64,000 bases of DNA. Source: Puniceicoccaceae bacterium (GTDB lineage: Bacteria > Verrucomicrobiota > Verrucomicrobiia > Opitutales > Oceanipulchritudinaceae). Below, piece by piece: positions 41,701 through 56,700 of this stretch. Below the pieces are notes generated by a model, which made no database searches, had not been told where the DNA came from, and saw nothing but the letters and a program-made list of their open reading frames with translations. Each line of letters starts with the position of its first letter. Position 1 is the stretch's first letter. The DNA is taken from NCBI GenBank assembly GCA_040830765.1, contig JBFOMH010000017.1, positions 128,001 to 192,000 on the forward strand, in the 5' to 3' direction. Position numbers and translations under genes: made by a program.

Positions 41701-44700
41701 ATGTATTCTCTGTCAATCCGGCCGACCTCGCCCAGCAGATCACACTGGTCAAGCTGGTTGCCGACAGTACAGTAACCGGCCTCTCTTTGGCGGACGGGGA
41801 TAATTTTGGCAGCGGTGTAGCTGTCAATGGGCTCGGCGACATCATCGCCTTTGGTGCATCCGGGACGAATGTGGGCGGCGCGGATCGAGGCGCGGCCTAC
41901 ATCATCGAGTTTGACACGACCAACCTCTTCGCGGATCCGGTTCTGCAACTGACGCTGAATAACAGCAATGTCACAGGCTTGGCGAACAACGACCTCTTCG
42001 GGCAGTCGTTGGCTCTCGACAACCCAGGCGGTGTCCTGGTGGTCGGCCAACCGGGTGATTCCAGCGGCACTGGCGCCGTTGATGTCTTCAGCCTGAACAC
42101 GACGACTTTCGCGTTCACCCAGGAAAATACGATAGACGGCACTACTCCCGGCCTGACCCTTGCCGCCGGGGATGCATTCGGGACGGGAGTCGCCCTGAAT
42201 GCCGACGCCTCGATTCTGGCGGTTGGTTCCCCCGGAGCTGAAGGGGGTGGAACTAACGAGGGAGCAGTGTCCATTCTTTCTCTCGGGGCCCTGGCTGCGG
42301 ATCCCACCCTTGAGCAGACCATCGATTCCACCACCACTTCGGTGGTCCTTGATGATGACGATGCCTTCGGGACCTCGGTCGCCTTGTCCGGCGGTGGTGA
42401 AATCCTCGCCGTCGGCGCACCTTTCGCGGACGGACCAGCAAACGGTAATCCGGACAGCGGTGAAGTCTTCCTCATGCGCCTGAATTCTTCCAATCTTTCT
42501 ATCCCGGCGGCAGAAATTGCCAAACTGGAACGGGATACTGTTTTGGCCGACGGATCGAATTTCACTGCAGTGGATACAAATGACCAGCTCGGTTCTGGTG
42601 TGGCCCTCAATGACGGGGCAAGCATTTTTGTCGGCGGAGCCGGCAACTCGGACATCAGTGGTCCGGCTACCGGGGCAGCTCACCTCTTCACTCTGGAATT
42701 GGGTCGTGATCCGACCCAAGCCCTTTTTGGCGTAGAGCCGGATGCCGAGTGGATTGTCAGTCCGGCAGACATCGTCTCCGTACTGGCCGGCAATAACCTT
42801 ACCATGCAGGCCAACACCGATATCACGGTGGAATCCCTTGTCGATGCCTCCCTCAATCCCAGCGCAGGCAATCTCACTTTCCAGGCCGGTCGTTCCATTT
42901 TGCTTAACGAAAGCATCCTCCTGAATGGTTCTTTCACCGCTACCGCCAATGATCCGGGTGCCCTCGCAGCCCATCGGGATGCGGGCGATGCCACTATTAC
43001 CATGGCTGACGGCACCAGTATCGACACCAGTGCCGCCAATGGAAGCATCACTTTGGCTTATGGCGTTGGGACCAACGGCAATGACGCGACCGGTGCCATG
43101 ACGCTCGAAACCCTCAACGCCGGTACCGGCGCCATCGACATCGATACCGTGGCCAATCAGGGTGGGGCAGTTTCCTACGAAGACATCCTGCTTAACGGTC
43201 CCGTGACCGGCGGGCTGGTTTCCGCGCAAGGTAATGCCATCATCAGTAATGTGGATGGAACCATCACCGCCAGCGACGATATTCTCCTCGAGACCGCCTC
43301 GACCGGACGTGCCGGCGGAGATATCGATCTCGAAGCAGCCGTTTCCCAGACCGGAGCCGGTACATTGACGATGCGTCCGGTGGATTCGGCTACCCCGATT
43401 CGCGTCGGAGGAACAACAGCCGGTCAGATGGGTGTGGACGTCCCCACTCTCGACCAGGTGCAGGAAGGCTTTTCAACCATCATTGTCGGTTCCTCTGGCC
43501 AGACAGGTGACATTAATGTCGCCGGGGGTCCGACGACCAACTGGAAGGACGACCTTCTCTTCGAGACCGACAGCGGCGACATTAACGTGCTTGCCGATGT
43601 CAACACGACGGGTTCCACCGATCCCGCCGACATTACCTATCGCAGTGCTACCGGTGTAACTACCATGGCCGGTAACCAACTGACGGACGGCGGCAATGTC
43701 ACCGTCGAAACGCCATTGCTGGTCGATGGTACTATCCTCATCGATACGGAAGCCGGTGATGATCTTGTCGCCGGGAACGTGACGCTCAACGGTTCAACCA
43801 TTGGTAGCCGCACCGATGCCGCCGTTGACGCAGCCAACGGTAATACGGATACCCTGACCATTGATGCGCGCGGTCTCATCGACGGGAATGTGGATATCGA
43901 GGGCCATGTTGGGAGTAATACAATCACAGGCGCGGGCGGTGTGATTGGATCCCTGATCGTCGAGGGTGCCGCCACGGTCGACCTTTCCGATGTGACCACC
44001 GCCACAGGCGGTATCCTTGTCGGTAATAGTAAAGCCACTACAGGACCAATCAATCTTCACGCCAGCACCTTGGATACCAGTGGCGCGGGGGCCGGTGTCG
44101 CCACCGGCAACATTGTCCTCAATGCAGATGCCTCCCAGGACATCGAGCTCCTCGATGGCGATGTGCAGCTGAACACCAATGACCTTGGCTACAATGGCGG
44201 AACCAACGTTAATGCCGACGGTGCTATCACGATTGCCGGCAACCAGATTGACGGCCAGACTTTCACCAACGGACTGTCTCTCGATAATGGCAGCAACTCC
44301 CTCGACCAGAGCACGGATATGCCGGTCCTGACCGAGCTGACACACTTCGTTGCCCTCAGTGATGCCAACGTAACGGTTCTCAATCCGAACAATGACGTGG
44401 CCACAGTGGCTGGTCGGACAACAACAGGCAGCTTCGCCTACCGTGATGCCAATGACCTGACTGTCGGTACAGCCGCCGGCGTGAGCGGTATCACAGCTGG
44501 GGCGGATGCCATGGCCGAAACCGTTGCTGGGACTCTAACTGTTGACCAGTCCGTGTCCGGCGGGGCAGACGTCCTTCTTTCCGCTGGCGGTGTGGCCAGC
44601 AATCTTGACCTGAATGCTTCCGTCGACTCCGGCGACGGTACCTCCCTGCTGGCCGGCAACTCGGTCTTGCAGAGTGCCAATGTCACGGCCGGTGGCAGTA

Positions 44701-47700
44701 TCGACGTGGAAGCAACAAACGGAGCCATCACCATGGATCCCGGCTCCAGCTCCACAGCGACCGATGCCAACATCCGTTACGCCGCTAATGGTGACGTGAC
44801 AGTTGGAAGCCTCGCTGCAGGTGCGGGCGATGTCAGTATTTCGTCCACCACTGGTAACATCGTCGATGCCCAGGTGACCGACGCCGTCATTGCCGATCCT
44901 GAAGGTTTTGCCATTAATCTTGGCCGCACGGTCAATGTATCCGGTGCCGGGTTGCGCATGAGCGCCGCCGGTGATGCCGGTGCCGCAGGAACACCTTTCG
45001 ACACCAGTGTCGGTACGGTTGCTGCCGATGTTAGCGGCAGTACTTACATTTACGAGAGCGATGCTGTTACCGTTGGTACAGTCGGCCCGGTTGCTGTTGA
45101 ACGCGTCGTTATCGACGCCGCCAATACAACCGCCAGCGATGCCGCTCTGGCCGGCATCAATGCGGGTGGAAATGCCAAGCTGGAAACCATCAACGGCACC
45201 ATTGCTGTCAATGACCCGGTTTCCGCAGGGACCGATGTCCAGATTGCGGCAAATGGCGCCGGGAGTGATCTTCTTCTCAATAACTCCGTTGCTGCAGGGC
45301 AGAATGTTACCCTGCTGGCCCGGAGTGCCATCATTCAGGATGCCAATGTCAATGCCGGCGGGACGATTGATGCTGAGGCATTTGACAGTGTCATAACGAT
45401 GAGTGCGGGAGCGACATCGACCGCAGCCGGGAATATCCGCTATGCTGGTGATGGAAATGTCACTACAGGTATTCTGGATGCAGGGGCCTCCTCGGTCAGC
45501 GTTGTCTCTGAGAATGGAAGCATTCTCGACGCACAGAACGACACTGTCGGTGTGGATGGAGAAGGATTTGCCACGCAGACAAATGATCCGCGGACAGCCA
45601 ATCTCATCGCCGCCAACGTACGGCTCCAGGCAGCCGGTGATATCGGCAGCGCAGGGAATCCGGTCGACTCGACGGCAGGCGTTGTCGCCGCAAGCAGCGG
45701 AGGCAGTACTTACCTTTATGAAAGCGACGCCCTCACTGTCGGAACGGTGGCCGCTGTCTCGGTTAACCGGGTCGAGCTGGCCTCCACAACCTCAACGGTG
45801 ACGGATATAGCCGCTTCAGGCATCACCGGAGGCACCAACGCCAAGGTGGAAACTGTCAGCGGCTCGATGACGGTTGATGATACCGTAACAGCAACAGCAG
45901 GCGACGCGCTTCTGGCAGCCAATGGGGCAGCCAGCGACATGGATGTAAATGCCGATGTCGCTTCTGGTGGCAATACAACCATTTTGGCCCGCAACAGCGT
46001 CCTTCAGGGAGCCAACATCAATGCCGGTGGAACCATCGACGTGGAAGCCTTTGACGGGGTTCTGACAATGGAAGCGGGTTCATCTTCAACGGCCACGGAT
46101 AATGACACCCGCTACGCCGGTCACCAGGATGTGACCATTCAGGTCCTCAACGCCGGTACGGCTGACATCAGCGTGGTTTCGTCCGATGGCTCCATCGTTG
46201 ACGGGCAGGCTGACACAGTTGGTGTCGATGCGGATGGATTTGCGACAAACGCTGGCCGCACGGTCAACTTTGAATCATCCGGACTGCGCCTCGCGGCAAG
46301 TGGTGATATCGGAGCGGCGGGCAACCCGTTGGATTCCACGGTTACCACCGTAGCCGCCAATGCGGGTGGCAGTGCCTATGTTTACGAGACGGATGCCCTC
46401 ACCGTCGGCGCGGTGGAAACGACCGTCAACCGGGTTGGTCTTGATTCAAGCCTGACCGGTGTGACCGATGCTTCGCTCTCTGGTGTAACAGGTGGTGCGA
46501 ATGCAAAGGTCGAGACGATTGATGGAACTTTGACAGTTGATACCCTTGTCACAGCCACCAGTGAAGACGTTCTTCTGGCAGCTAACGGAACCGGTGGGGA
46601 TGATGATTTGGTAATCAATGCCGACGTCAGCGCCGGGGACAGCGTCAGCCTGCTGGCCCGCGACAATGTTGCCCAGAACGCCAATGTGACCTCCGACGCC
46701 GACGGTGCGGAAGACACAGACGGTACTATCGACGTGGAAGCATTCAGTGGTTCCATTGTTATGGCGCCCGACGCAGTTTCCACAACCGACGACGACAACA
46801 TCCGCTACACGGCCGAAGTTGATGCCGGACTGGGCATTCTGGATGCCGGAACAGCTGATGTCAGTGTCATTGCCCGGACAGGACGCATTTATGATGCCCA
46901 GGGTGATACAGTCGGAGTCGACAGCGAAGGCTTTGCCACGCAGACGGGTGATCCGCGCGTGGTTAATATCCTTGCCTCCGGTATGCGGGTTTCCGCTGCC
47001 GAGGATCTCAATGATGATGGTGCAACGGTCGATCCGCTGGACACTTCCCTTGATGTCCTTGCCGGGACTGTCGGAGAGAGCATCTACATTTACGAAACAG
47101 ACGCCCTGACCATCGGTACAGTTGATGCCGTCGCAGTCGAGCGGGTTGCCCTTGAGTCCACTACGTCCACAGTCACAGACGCTGGTTCTGTTTCCGGTCT
47201 CCTGGCTGGTACAAATGCCAAGGTCGAGACAATCGATGGCACCCTGACGGTGGACCAGTTTGTCGAAGCAACCACCGCGGACGTACTCCTTGCCGCCAAT
47301 GGATCCGGCAGTGATCTCGATATCAATGACACGGTTACATCCGGTCGCCACACGACCCTGCTGGCCCGTAACGAAATTCTCCAAAGCGCCAACGTGACCG
47401 CCACCGGCACTATCGATGCTGAAGCCTTTGACGGCTCTATCCGGATGGACCCGAATGTGGTTTCCGACGCTGATGATGACAACATCCGCTACACCGCGGA
47501 AGTCGATGTCGAGCTCGGTATCCTCGATGCCGGCACAGCCGATGTCAGTGTTGTTGCGACCACCGGCTCCATCCGCGATGTCCAGGACGATCTTGTCGAC
47601 CGCGATGGCGATGGCTTTGCCACCAACGCGGCGCGCACGGTCAACATCATTGCCAATGACCTTCGGCTCGACGCGCAGGGCAGCATCGGTGAGGCCGATG

Positions 47701-50700
47701 ACCCAATCGATACGGCTGTCGACCAAATGGCCGCAGCAGCTGCTACCGGCAGCACTTATGTCTACGAGTCCGACGCAGTGACGATTGGCACGGTGGCACC
47801 GGTTACGGTCAACCGGGTTGCCCTGCAGTCCACAATCGCCGATGTAACGGACGCCGCTGACCTCGTTGGCTCCACAGCATTGGTCAATGCCAAGACCGAG
47901 ACCATCGCCGGCACCCTGACGGTTGACAACCCGGTTCTCGCCATCACCGGCGATGCCCAACTGGCAGCCAACGGCGCCGGTAGCGATCTCGACATCAACG
48001 ACACGGTCACTTCCGGACAACACACAACCTTGTTGGCCCGCAATGACCTTCTCCAGAGTGGCAACGTGACCACCGGTGGGACAATTGATGCCGAAGCCTT
48101 TGACGGCTCCATCCTCATGGACCCGAATGTTGTTTCTGATGCCAACGACGCCAACATCCGCTACACCGCAGCGGTTGACGTCGAGCTCGGTATCCTTGAT
48201 GCCGGAACGGGCGACGTCAGTGTCATTGCTGACACCGGCTCCATCCGCGATGTCCAGGACGACCTCGTCGACCGGGATGGCGAAGGCTTTGCCACCAACA
48301 CGACGCGTACCGTCAACATCATTGGCAACGACCTGCGCCTCGACGCACAGGGCAGCATAGGTGAAGCCGATGATCCGATCGACACCTCCGTTGACCAGAT
48401 GGCCGCAGTTGCCGAACAAGGCAGCACCTATGTCTATGAAACGGATGCGTTGACCATCGGTACCGTTGCACCGGTCACGGTGAACCGCGTCGCCTTGGAA
48501 TCCACCATCGTTGATGTCACGGACGCCGCCGATCTGGTTGGCTCGACCGCCGAGGTCCATGCCAAGACCGAAACTATTAGTGGGACACTGACAGTCGATG
48601 ATCCGGTCCTTGCCAGCACTGCCGATGCCCAACTGGCCGCCAACGGCGCCGGCAGTGACCTCGACATCAACGACACGGTCACGTCCGGTCGCCACACGAC
48701 TCTGCTGGCCCGCAACGACATTCTCCAGAGCGCTAATGTCACAGCCGGCGGAACCATCGATGCCGAAGCCTTCACTGGCTCCATCCTGATGGATCCGAAT
48801 GTTGTTTCCGACGCCGATGACGACAACATCCGTTACACGGCAGCTGTCGATGTTGAGCTAGGCATTCTCGATGCCGGCCTCGCCGACGTCAGTGTCATTG
48901 CTGACACCGGTTCCATCCGCGACGTCCAGGACGACCTCGTCGATCGCGATGGGGATGGCTTTGCGACCAATTCCGCCCGCACGGTGAACATTATCGGTAA
49001 CGACCTCCGCCTCGACGCGCAGGGCAGTATCGGTGAAGCCGACGATCCTATCGACACCTCCGTCGACCAGATGGCTGCGGTTGCCGCATCGGGTAGTACT
49101 TATGTCTACGAGTCTGACGCAGTGACCATCGGTACGGTCGCACCGGTAACGGTGAACCGGGTAGCGCTTGAGTCCACCATCGTCGATGTGACGGATGCTG
49201 CTGACCTCGTTGGCTCCACAGCATTGGTCAATGCCAAGACCGAGACCATCAACGGTACCCTTACCGTCGATGATCCGGTCCTTGCGACCACTGGAGACGT
49301 CCAACTCGCCGCCAACGGTACCGGCAGCGATCTCGATATTAACGACACGGTCACTTCCGGACAGCACACAACCCTCCTGGCCCGCAACTCGGTACTCCAG
49401 AGTGCAAACGTGACCGCCGGTGGCACCATCGATGCCGAAGCATTCGACAATTCAATCCTCATGGACCCGAATGTCGTTTCTGATGCCAACGACGCCAACA
49501 TCCGCTACACAGCGGCCATTGACGTTGAACTCGGTATCCTTGATGCCGGCACGGGCGATATCAGTGTGATTGCTGATACCGGCTCCATCCGCGACGTCCA
49601 GGATGACCTCGTTGACCGCGATGGCGATGGCTTTGCCACCAATACCGCCCGTACGGTCAATATTATCGGTAATGACCTGCGCCTCGACGCGCAGGGTAGC
49701 ATCGGTGAGGTTGATGATCCGATTGACACCTCCGTTGACCAGATGGCCGCTGTTGCCGCAACCGGCAGCACTTATGTCTATGAGACAGATGCGCTGACCA
49801 TCGGTACGGTCGCACCGGTCACGGTGAACCGCGTCGCGCTCGAGTCGACCATCGCTGATGTAACGGATGGCGCCGATCTCGTTGGCTCGACCGCCGAGGT
49901 CAACGCCAAGACCGAAACCATCAATGGAACCCTCACGGTCGATGATCCGGTCCTTGCCATCACGGGCGACGCCCAGTTGGCCGCGAACGGCACAGGCAAC
50001 GATCTGGATATCAATGCCACCGTCACTTCCGGTCGCCACACGACCCTGCTGGGCCGTGATGATATCCTCCAAAGCGCGAACGTAACGGCTGGTGGGACCA
50101 TTGATGCTGAAGCCTTTGACGGCTCCATCCTCATGGACCCGAACGTTGTCTCTGATGCCGACGACGACAACATCCGCTACACCGCGCAGGTTGACGTCGA
50201 GCTCGGGATCCTTGATGCCGGCACGGGTAACGTTGCCGTGACAGCAACAACCGGCTCCATCCGCGATGTCCAGGACGACCTTGTTGACCGTGACGCCGAC
50301 GGCTTTGCCACCAATACTTCCCGCACCGTTAACATCCTTGGTACGGACCTCCGCATGGACGCAGAAGGCAGCATTGGTGAAGCGGACGATCCGATCGATA
50401 CCTCCGTCGACACGCTGGCCGCGGTTGCTGCGACCGGTAGCACTTATGTTTATGAAACGGACGCTTTGACAGTCGGTACCGTCGCACCGGTGACGGTGAA
50501 CCGCGTCGCGTTGGAATCCACCATCGTCGATGTGACGGATGCCGCCGATCTCGTTGGCTCGACCGCTGAGGTCAATGCCAAGACCGAGACCATCGCCGGC
50601 ATGCTTACGGTTGACGATCCGGTCCTTGCCACCACTGGCGACGCCCAGTTGGCCGCCAATGGTGCAGGCAGTGATTTGGATATTAACGCCACCGTCACTT

Positions 50701-53700
50701 CCGGTCGCCACACCACCTTGCTCGGCCGGAACGATATCCTGCAAAGTGCCAATGTGACCGCAACCGGGACAATTGACGCAGAAGCCTTTGACGGTTCCAT
50801 CCTCATGGACCCGAACGTTGTTTCTGACGCCGATGACGACAACATCCGCTACACCGCGGAGGTCGACGTCGAGCTCGGCATCCTTGATGCCGGCACCGCC
50901 GACATCAGTGTCATTGCTGACACCGGTTCCATCCGTGACGTCCAGGATGACCTTGTTGACCGCGATGGCGATGGCTTTGCCACCAACACCACCCGCACGG
51001 TTAACATCATTGCTAACGACCTGCGCATGGACGCAGAAGGCAGCATTGGTGAAGCGGACGATCCGATCGACACCTCCGTCGACCAGATGGCCGCGGTGGC
51101 CGCAACCGGTAGCACTTATGTCTATGAGACAGATGCGCTGACCATTGGTACGGTCGCACCGGTCACGGTGAACCGCGTCGCGCTCGAGTCGACCATCGCT
51201 GATGTGACCGATGGTGCTGATCTCGTTGGCTCGACTGCTGCAATCAATGCCAAGACCGAGACCATCGCCGGCACACTTACGGTTGACGATCCGGTCCTTG
51301 CCACCACCGGCGATGCCCAGTTGGCCGCTAATGGTGCAGGCAGCGATCTCGATATCAACGCCACCGTCACCTCCGGTCGCCATACGACCCTGCTGGCCCG
51401 TAATTCGGTCCTCCAGAGCGCCAATGTCAGCGCCGGCGGTACCATCGATGCCGAAGCGTTCGACAATTCCATCCTCATGGACCCGAACGTCGTTTCGGAC
51501 GCTGATGACGACAACATCCGCTACACCGCGCAAGTCGACGTCGAGCTCGGTATCCTTGATGCCGGCACGGGTAATGTTGCCGTGACGGCGACCACCGGCT
51601 CCATCCGTGATGTCCAGGACGACCTCGTCGACCGCGACGGGGAAGGCTTTGCCACCAACACCACCCGTACGGTGAACATTATCGGTAACGACCTGCGCCT
51701 CGACGCCGAGGGCAGTATCGGTGAAGCCGACGATCCGATTGATACAACGGTCAATACCATGGCCGCAGTTGCCGCAACCGGCAGCACCTATGTCTATGAA
51801 TCGGATGCCTTGACCATCGGTACGGTCGCACCGGTCACGGTGAACCGCGTCGCGCTCGAATCCACCATCGTTGATGTCACGGATGCCGCGGACCTCGTTG
51901 GCTCGACCGCCGAGGTCAATGCCAAGACCGAGACGATCGCTGGCACCCTCACAGTTGATGATCCGGTCCTTGCCACCACGGGCGACGCCCAACTGGCCGC
52001 CAATGGTGCAGGTAGTGATTTGGACATCAATGCCACCGTCACCTCCGGTCGCCATACCACGATGTTGGCCCGCAACGACATCCTCCAGAGCGCCAACGTA
52101 ACGGCCGGCGGAACGATTGATGCCGAAGCATTCGACGGTTCCATCCTGATGGACCCGTTCGTTGTCTCGGATGCCGATGATGACAACATTCGCTATACCG
52201 CGGAAGTCGATGTCGAGCTCGGTATCCTTGATGCCGGTACCGCCGACGTCAGTGTGATTGCTGACACCGGCTCCATCCGCGACGTCCAGGACGACCTCGT
52301 CGACCGCGATGGTGAAGGTTTCGCCACCAATACCGCCCGCACGGTTAACATCATTGCTAACGACCTCCGCATGGATGCAGAGGGCAGCATTGGTGAAGTG
52401 GACGATCCGATCGACACATCCGTTGATAACATGGCTGCGGTTGCCGCAACTGGAAGCACCTATGTTTATGAATCGGATGCCCTGACCATCGGTACCGTTG
52501 CACCGGTCACGGTGAACCGCGTCGCTCTCGAGTCCACCATTGCTGATGTGACCGATGCCGCAGACCTGGTAGGCTCCACTGCTCAGGTCAATGCCAAGAC
52601 GGAAACCATTAATGGCACCTTGACCGTCGATAATGCGGTCCTTGCCACCACCGGTGATGTCCAATTGGCCGCCAACGGCACCGGCAGCGACCTCGATGTC
52701 AATGCCAATGTTACTTCAGGTCAACACACCACGATGCTGGCCCGGAACGATATCCTCCAGAGCGGCGATGTCACCGCCGGCGGAACGATTGATGCCGAAG
52801 CCTTCGACGGCTCCATCCTCATGGATCCGGATACGGTTTCTGACGCCGATGACGACAACATCCGCTACACCGCGCAAGTTGACGTCGAACTCGGTATTCT
52901 TGATGCCGGCACCGCCAACGTCAGTGTGCTTGCTGACACCGGTTCCATCCGCGATGTCCAGGACGACCTTGTCGACCGCGACGGGGAAGGCTTTGCCACC
53001 AACACCACCCGTACGGTGAACATTATCGGTAACGACCTGCGCCTCGACGCGCAGGGCAGTATCGGTGAGGCTGATGACCCAATCGACACGACTGTCAATA
53101 CGGTCGCTGCGGTTGCCGAGACGGGTAGCATCTACCTTTATGAAACGGATGCGCTGACCATTGGTACGGTTGGTTCCGTGACCGTCAATCGGGTTGCCCT
53201 CGAGTCCACGGTTGCCGATGTCATCGACACTGAGGACCTCTCCGGCCTGACCGGTGAAGTCAATGCCAAGGCTGAGACCATCAACGGTACATTGACCGTC
53301 GATGACCCGGTACTCGCCAACACCAACGATGCCCAGCTGGCTGCCAATGGCACCGGCAGCGATTTGGATATCAACGCCACGGTCACCTCCGGTCGCCACA
53401 CGACCCTGCTGGGCCGTGACGATATCCTCCAGAGCGCCAATGTCACCGCTGGCGGGACCATCGACGGGGAAGCCTTTGACGGCTCCATCCTCATGGATCC
53501 GTTTGTCGTCTCGGATGCCGATGACGACAACATCCGCTACACCGCGCAAGTTGACGTCGAGCTGGGTATCCTTGATGCCGGAACAGCCGATGTCAGCGTG
53601 ATTGCCGACACCGGTTCCATCCGCGACGTCCAGGACGACCTCGTTGACCGCGATGGCGAAGGCTTCGCTACCAACACCACCCGTACGGTGAACATTATTG

Positions 53701-56700
53701 GAAACGACCTTCGCATGGATGCGCAGGGCAGTATCGGTGAAGCTGATGATCCGATTGACACCTCCGTCGATACCCTGGCCGCCGTCGCCGAGACGGGAAG
53801 CACCTATGTCTATGAAACGGATGCCCTGACCATTGGAACGGTTGCTCCGGTCACCGTCAATCGAGTGGCCCTTGAGTCCACTATCGCTGATGTGACGGAC
53901 GCCGCCGACCTGGTTGGTTCCACTGCCGAGGTTCACGCCAAGACCGAAACCATCGCCGGGACCCTTACGGTTGATGATCCGGTCCTTGCCAACACCGGCG
54001 ACGCCCAACTGGAAGACAAGGGCACCGGCAGTGAACTCGACATTAATGCCACGGTCACATCAGGTCAGCACACCACAATGCTGGCTCGCAACGATATCCT
54101 CCAGAGTGGCAATGTCACAGCCGGCGGAACGATTGATGCCGAAGCCTTCACCGGCTCCATCCTCATGGACCCGGATGCAGTTTCTGATGCCGACGATGAC
54201 AACATCCGCTACACCGCGGAAGTCGATGTCGAGCTGGGAATCCTTGATTCCGGAACCGCTAACATCAGCGTGCTTGCTGACACCGGCGACATCCGCGACG
54301 TCCAGGATGACCTTGTCGATCGCGACGCTGACGGCTTTGCCACTAACACGGCCCGGACCGTCAACCTCATTGGTGACAACCTGCGCCTCGACGCGCAGGG
54401 CAGCATCGGTGAAGTCGATGATCCGATTGACACGACCGTCAACACAGTTGGTGCGGTTGCTGAAACCGGTAGTATCTATCTCTACGAGTCCGACGAACTG
54501 GTCGTTGGTACGGTCGGTTCGGTTACCGTCAATCGTGTGGCCCTTGAGTCCACGGTTGCTGATATTGTCGACACGGCTGACCTCTCCGGCTTGACCGGTG
54601 AAGTCAATGCCAAGGCGGAAACCATTGATGGTACCCTTACCGTCGATGATCCGGTTCTCGCCAACACGGGCGATGCCCAATTGGCCGCCAACAGCACGGA
54701 TAGCGACCTTGATATCAACGCCACGGTCACCTCCGGTCGCCACACGACCCTCTTGGCCCGCCGCGATATCCTCCAGAGTGCCAATGTCACTGCTGGTGGA
54801 ACCATTGATGGGGAAGCCTTTGACGGCTCCATCCTGATGGATCCGGACGTTATCTCCGACGCTGATGACGACAACATTCGCTACACCGCACAGGTCGATG
54901 TCGAGCTCGGCATCCTTGATGCCGGAACTGGCAATGTCGCCGTCACGGCCACCACCGGTGATATCCGCGACGTCCAGGATGACCTTGTCGACCGCGATGC
55001 GGACGGCTTTGCCACCAACACGGCCCGGACGGTCAACATCATCGGTACCGACCTGCGCATGAGCGCAGAGGGCAGTATTGGTGAAGCGGATGATCCGATT
55101 GATACATCCGTCGACACGCTGGCCGCTGTTGCCAATACTGGCAGTTCCTACGTTTATGAAACGGATGCTTTGGTCATCGGGACCGTCGCCCCGGTCACGG
55201 TGAACCGTGTCGCCCTCGAGTCCAGCCTTGCTGACGTTACGGATGCGGCCGACCTCGTTGGCTCGACTGCCGAGGTCAATGCCAAGGCGGAAACGATCAA
55301 CGGTACCCTGACCATCGATGATCCGGTACTCGCCAATACGGGTGATGCCCAGCTAGCCGCCAATGGCGCTGGCAGTGACCTCGATATCAATGCCACGGTC
55401 ACCTCTGGTCGCCACACGACATTACTCGCCCGCAACGACATCCTGCAGAGCGGGAACGTGACGGCCGGCGGAACTATTGACGCTGAAGCCTTTAATGGCT
55501 CCATCCTCATGGATCCGGATACGGTTTCCGATGCTGACGACGACAACATCCGCTACACCGCGGAAATGGACATCGAGCTCGGTATCCTTGATGCTGGCAC
55601 CGGCAATGTCGCCATCACAGCTACGGCCGGTTCCATCATCGACGTTCAGGATGACCTCGTCGACGTGGACGGGGATGGCTTTGCCACCAACACCAGTCGC
55701 ACCGTCAATATCACCGGCACCGACCTGCGTTTGAATGCCGCTGAGGAAATTGGCGAAACCGACGATCCGATCGATACAATGGTCGACATGGTGGCTGCTA
55801 ATGCAGGTGGAGCTGTGTATCTGTATGAAAGCGATACATTGGCCATCGGCACCGTCGCCCCCGTGACGGTGAATCGCGTTGCGTTGGAATCCACCATTGC
55901 TGACGTCACCGATCCCGCCGACCTCGTCGGCGTGACCGCCACGAGCTACGCCAAGGTGGAAACCATTGATGGTTCCATGACGGTTGATGACGCTGTCACC
56001 GCCACCAGCGGTGATGTCCTGCTCGCCGCCAATGGGACTGGCGGGGATGATGACCTCGTCGTCAACGCTGCCGTTACCTCCGGTGACTATATGAGCTTAC
56101 TGGCCCGCGACAGCGTCCTCCAGAACGCCAACATCACTTCCGATACGGATGGTACTGAAGACGACATCGGCACCATCGATGTGGAAGCCTTCAGCGGCTC
56201 CATCATCATGGATGGCGATGCGGTCTCCCTCACGGACAATGACAACATCCGCTACACCGCGGAAGTCGATGCCGGTCTCGGCATCCTCAACGCCGGTGAT
56301 GCTTATGTAAGTGTCATTGCCCGGACGGGCCGTATCTACGACGCCCAGGGTGACACCGTTGGTGTGGACAGCGAAGGCTTCGCCACCCAGACCGGTGATC
56401 CGCGCGTCGTCAACATCATTGCCAATGGTATGCGGGTCTCCGCCGCTCTCGATCTCAACGACGATGGCGGAACGGTTGATCCGCTCGATACGTCCCTCAA
56501 CACCATCGCTGGTGTAGTTGGACAGAGCATCTACATTTACGAAACGGATGACCTGACCATCGGTACCGTCCCGGCCGTTCCGGTCGAGCGTGTCGCCCTC
56601 GAGTCGACCACCGCCACGGTAACGGATGCCGCTCCGGTCTCCGGACTGGATGCCGGCACCAACGCCAAGGTAGAGACCATCGATGGCTCCCTCACCGTGG

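Noticed and set aside
41307..54743. Long antisense ORFs inside tpsA (41307-43229, 46446-48695, 49452-52664, 52716-54008) and the periodic 131-aa and 88-aa minus-strand ORFs
   Set aside because: Shadow frames caused by codon bias and the 672-bp periodicity of the sense gene; no protein-like motifs
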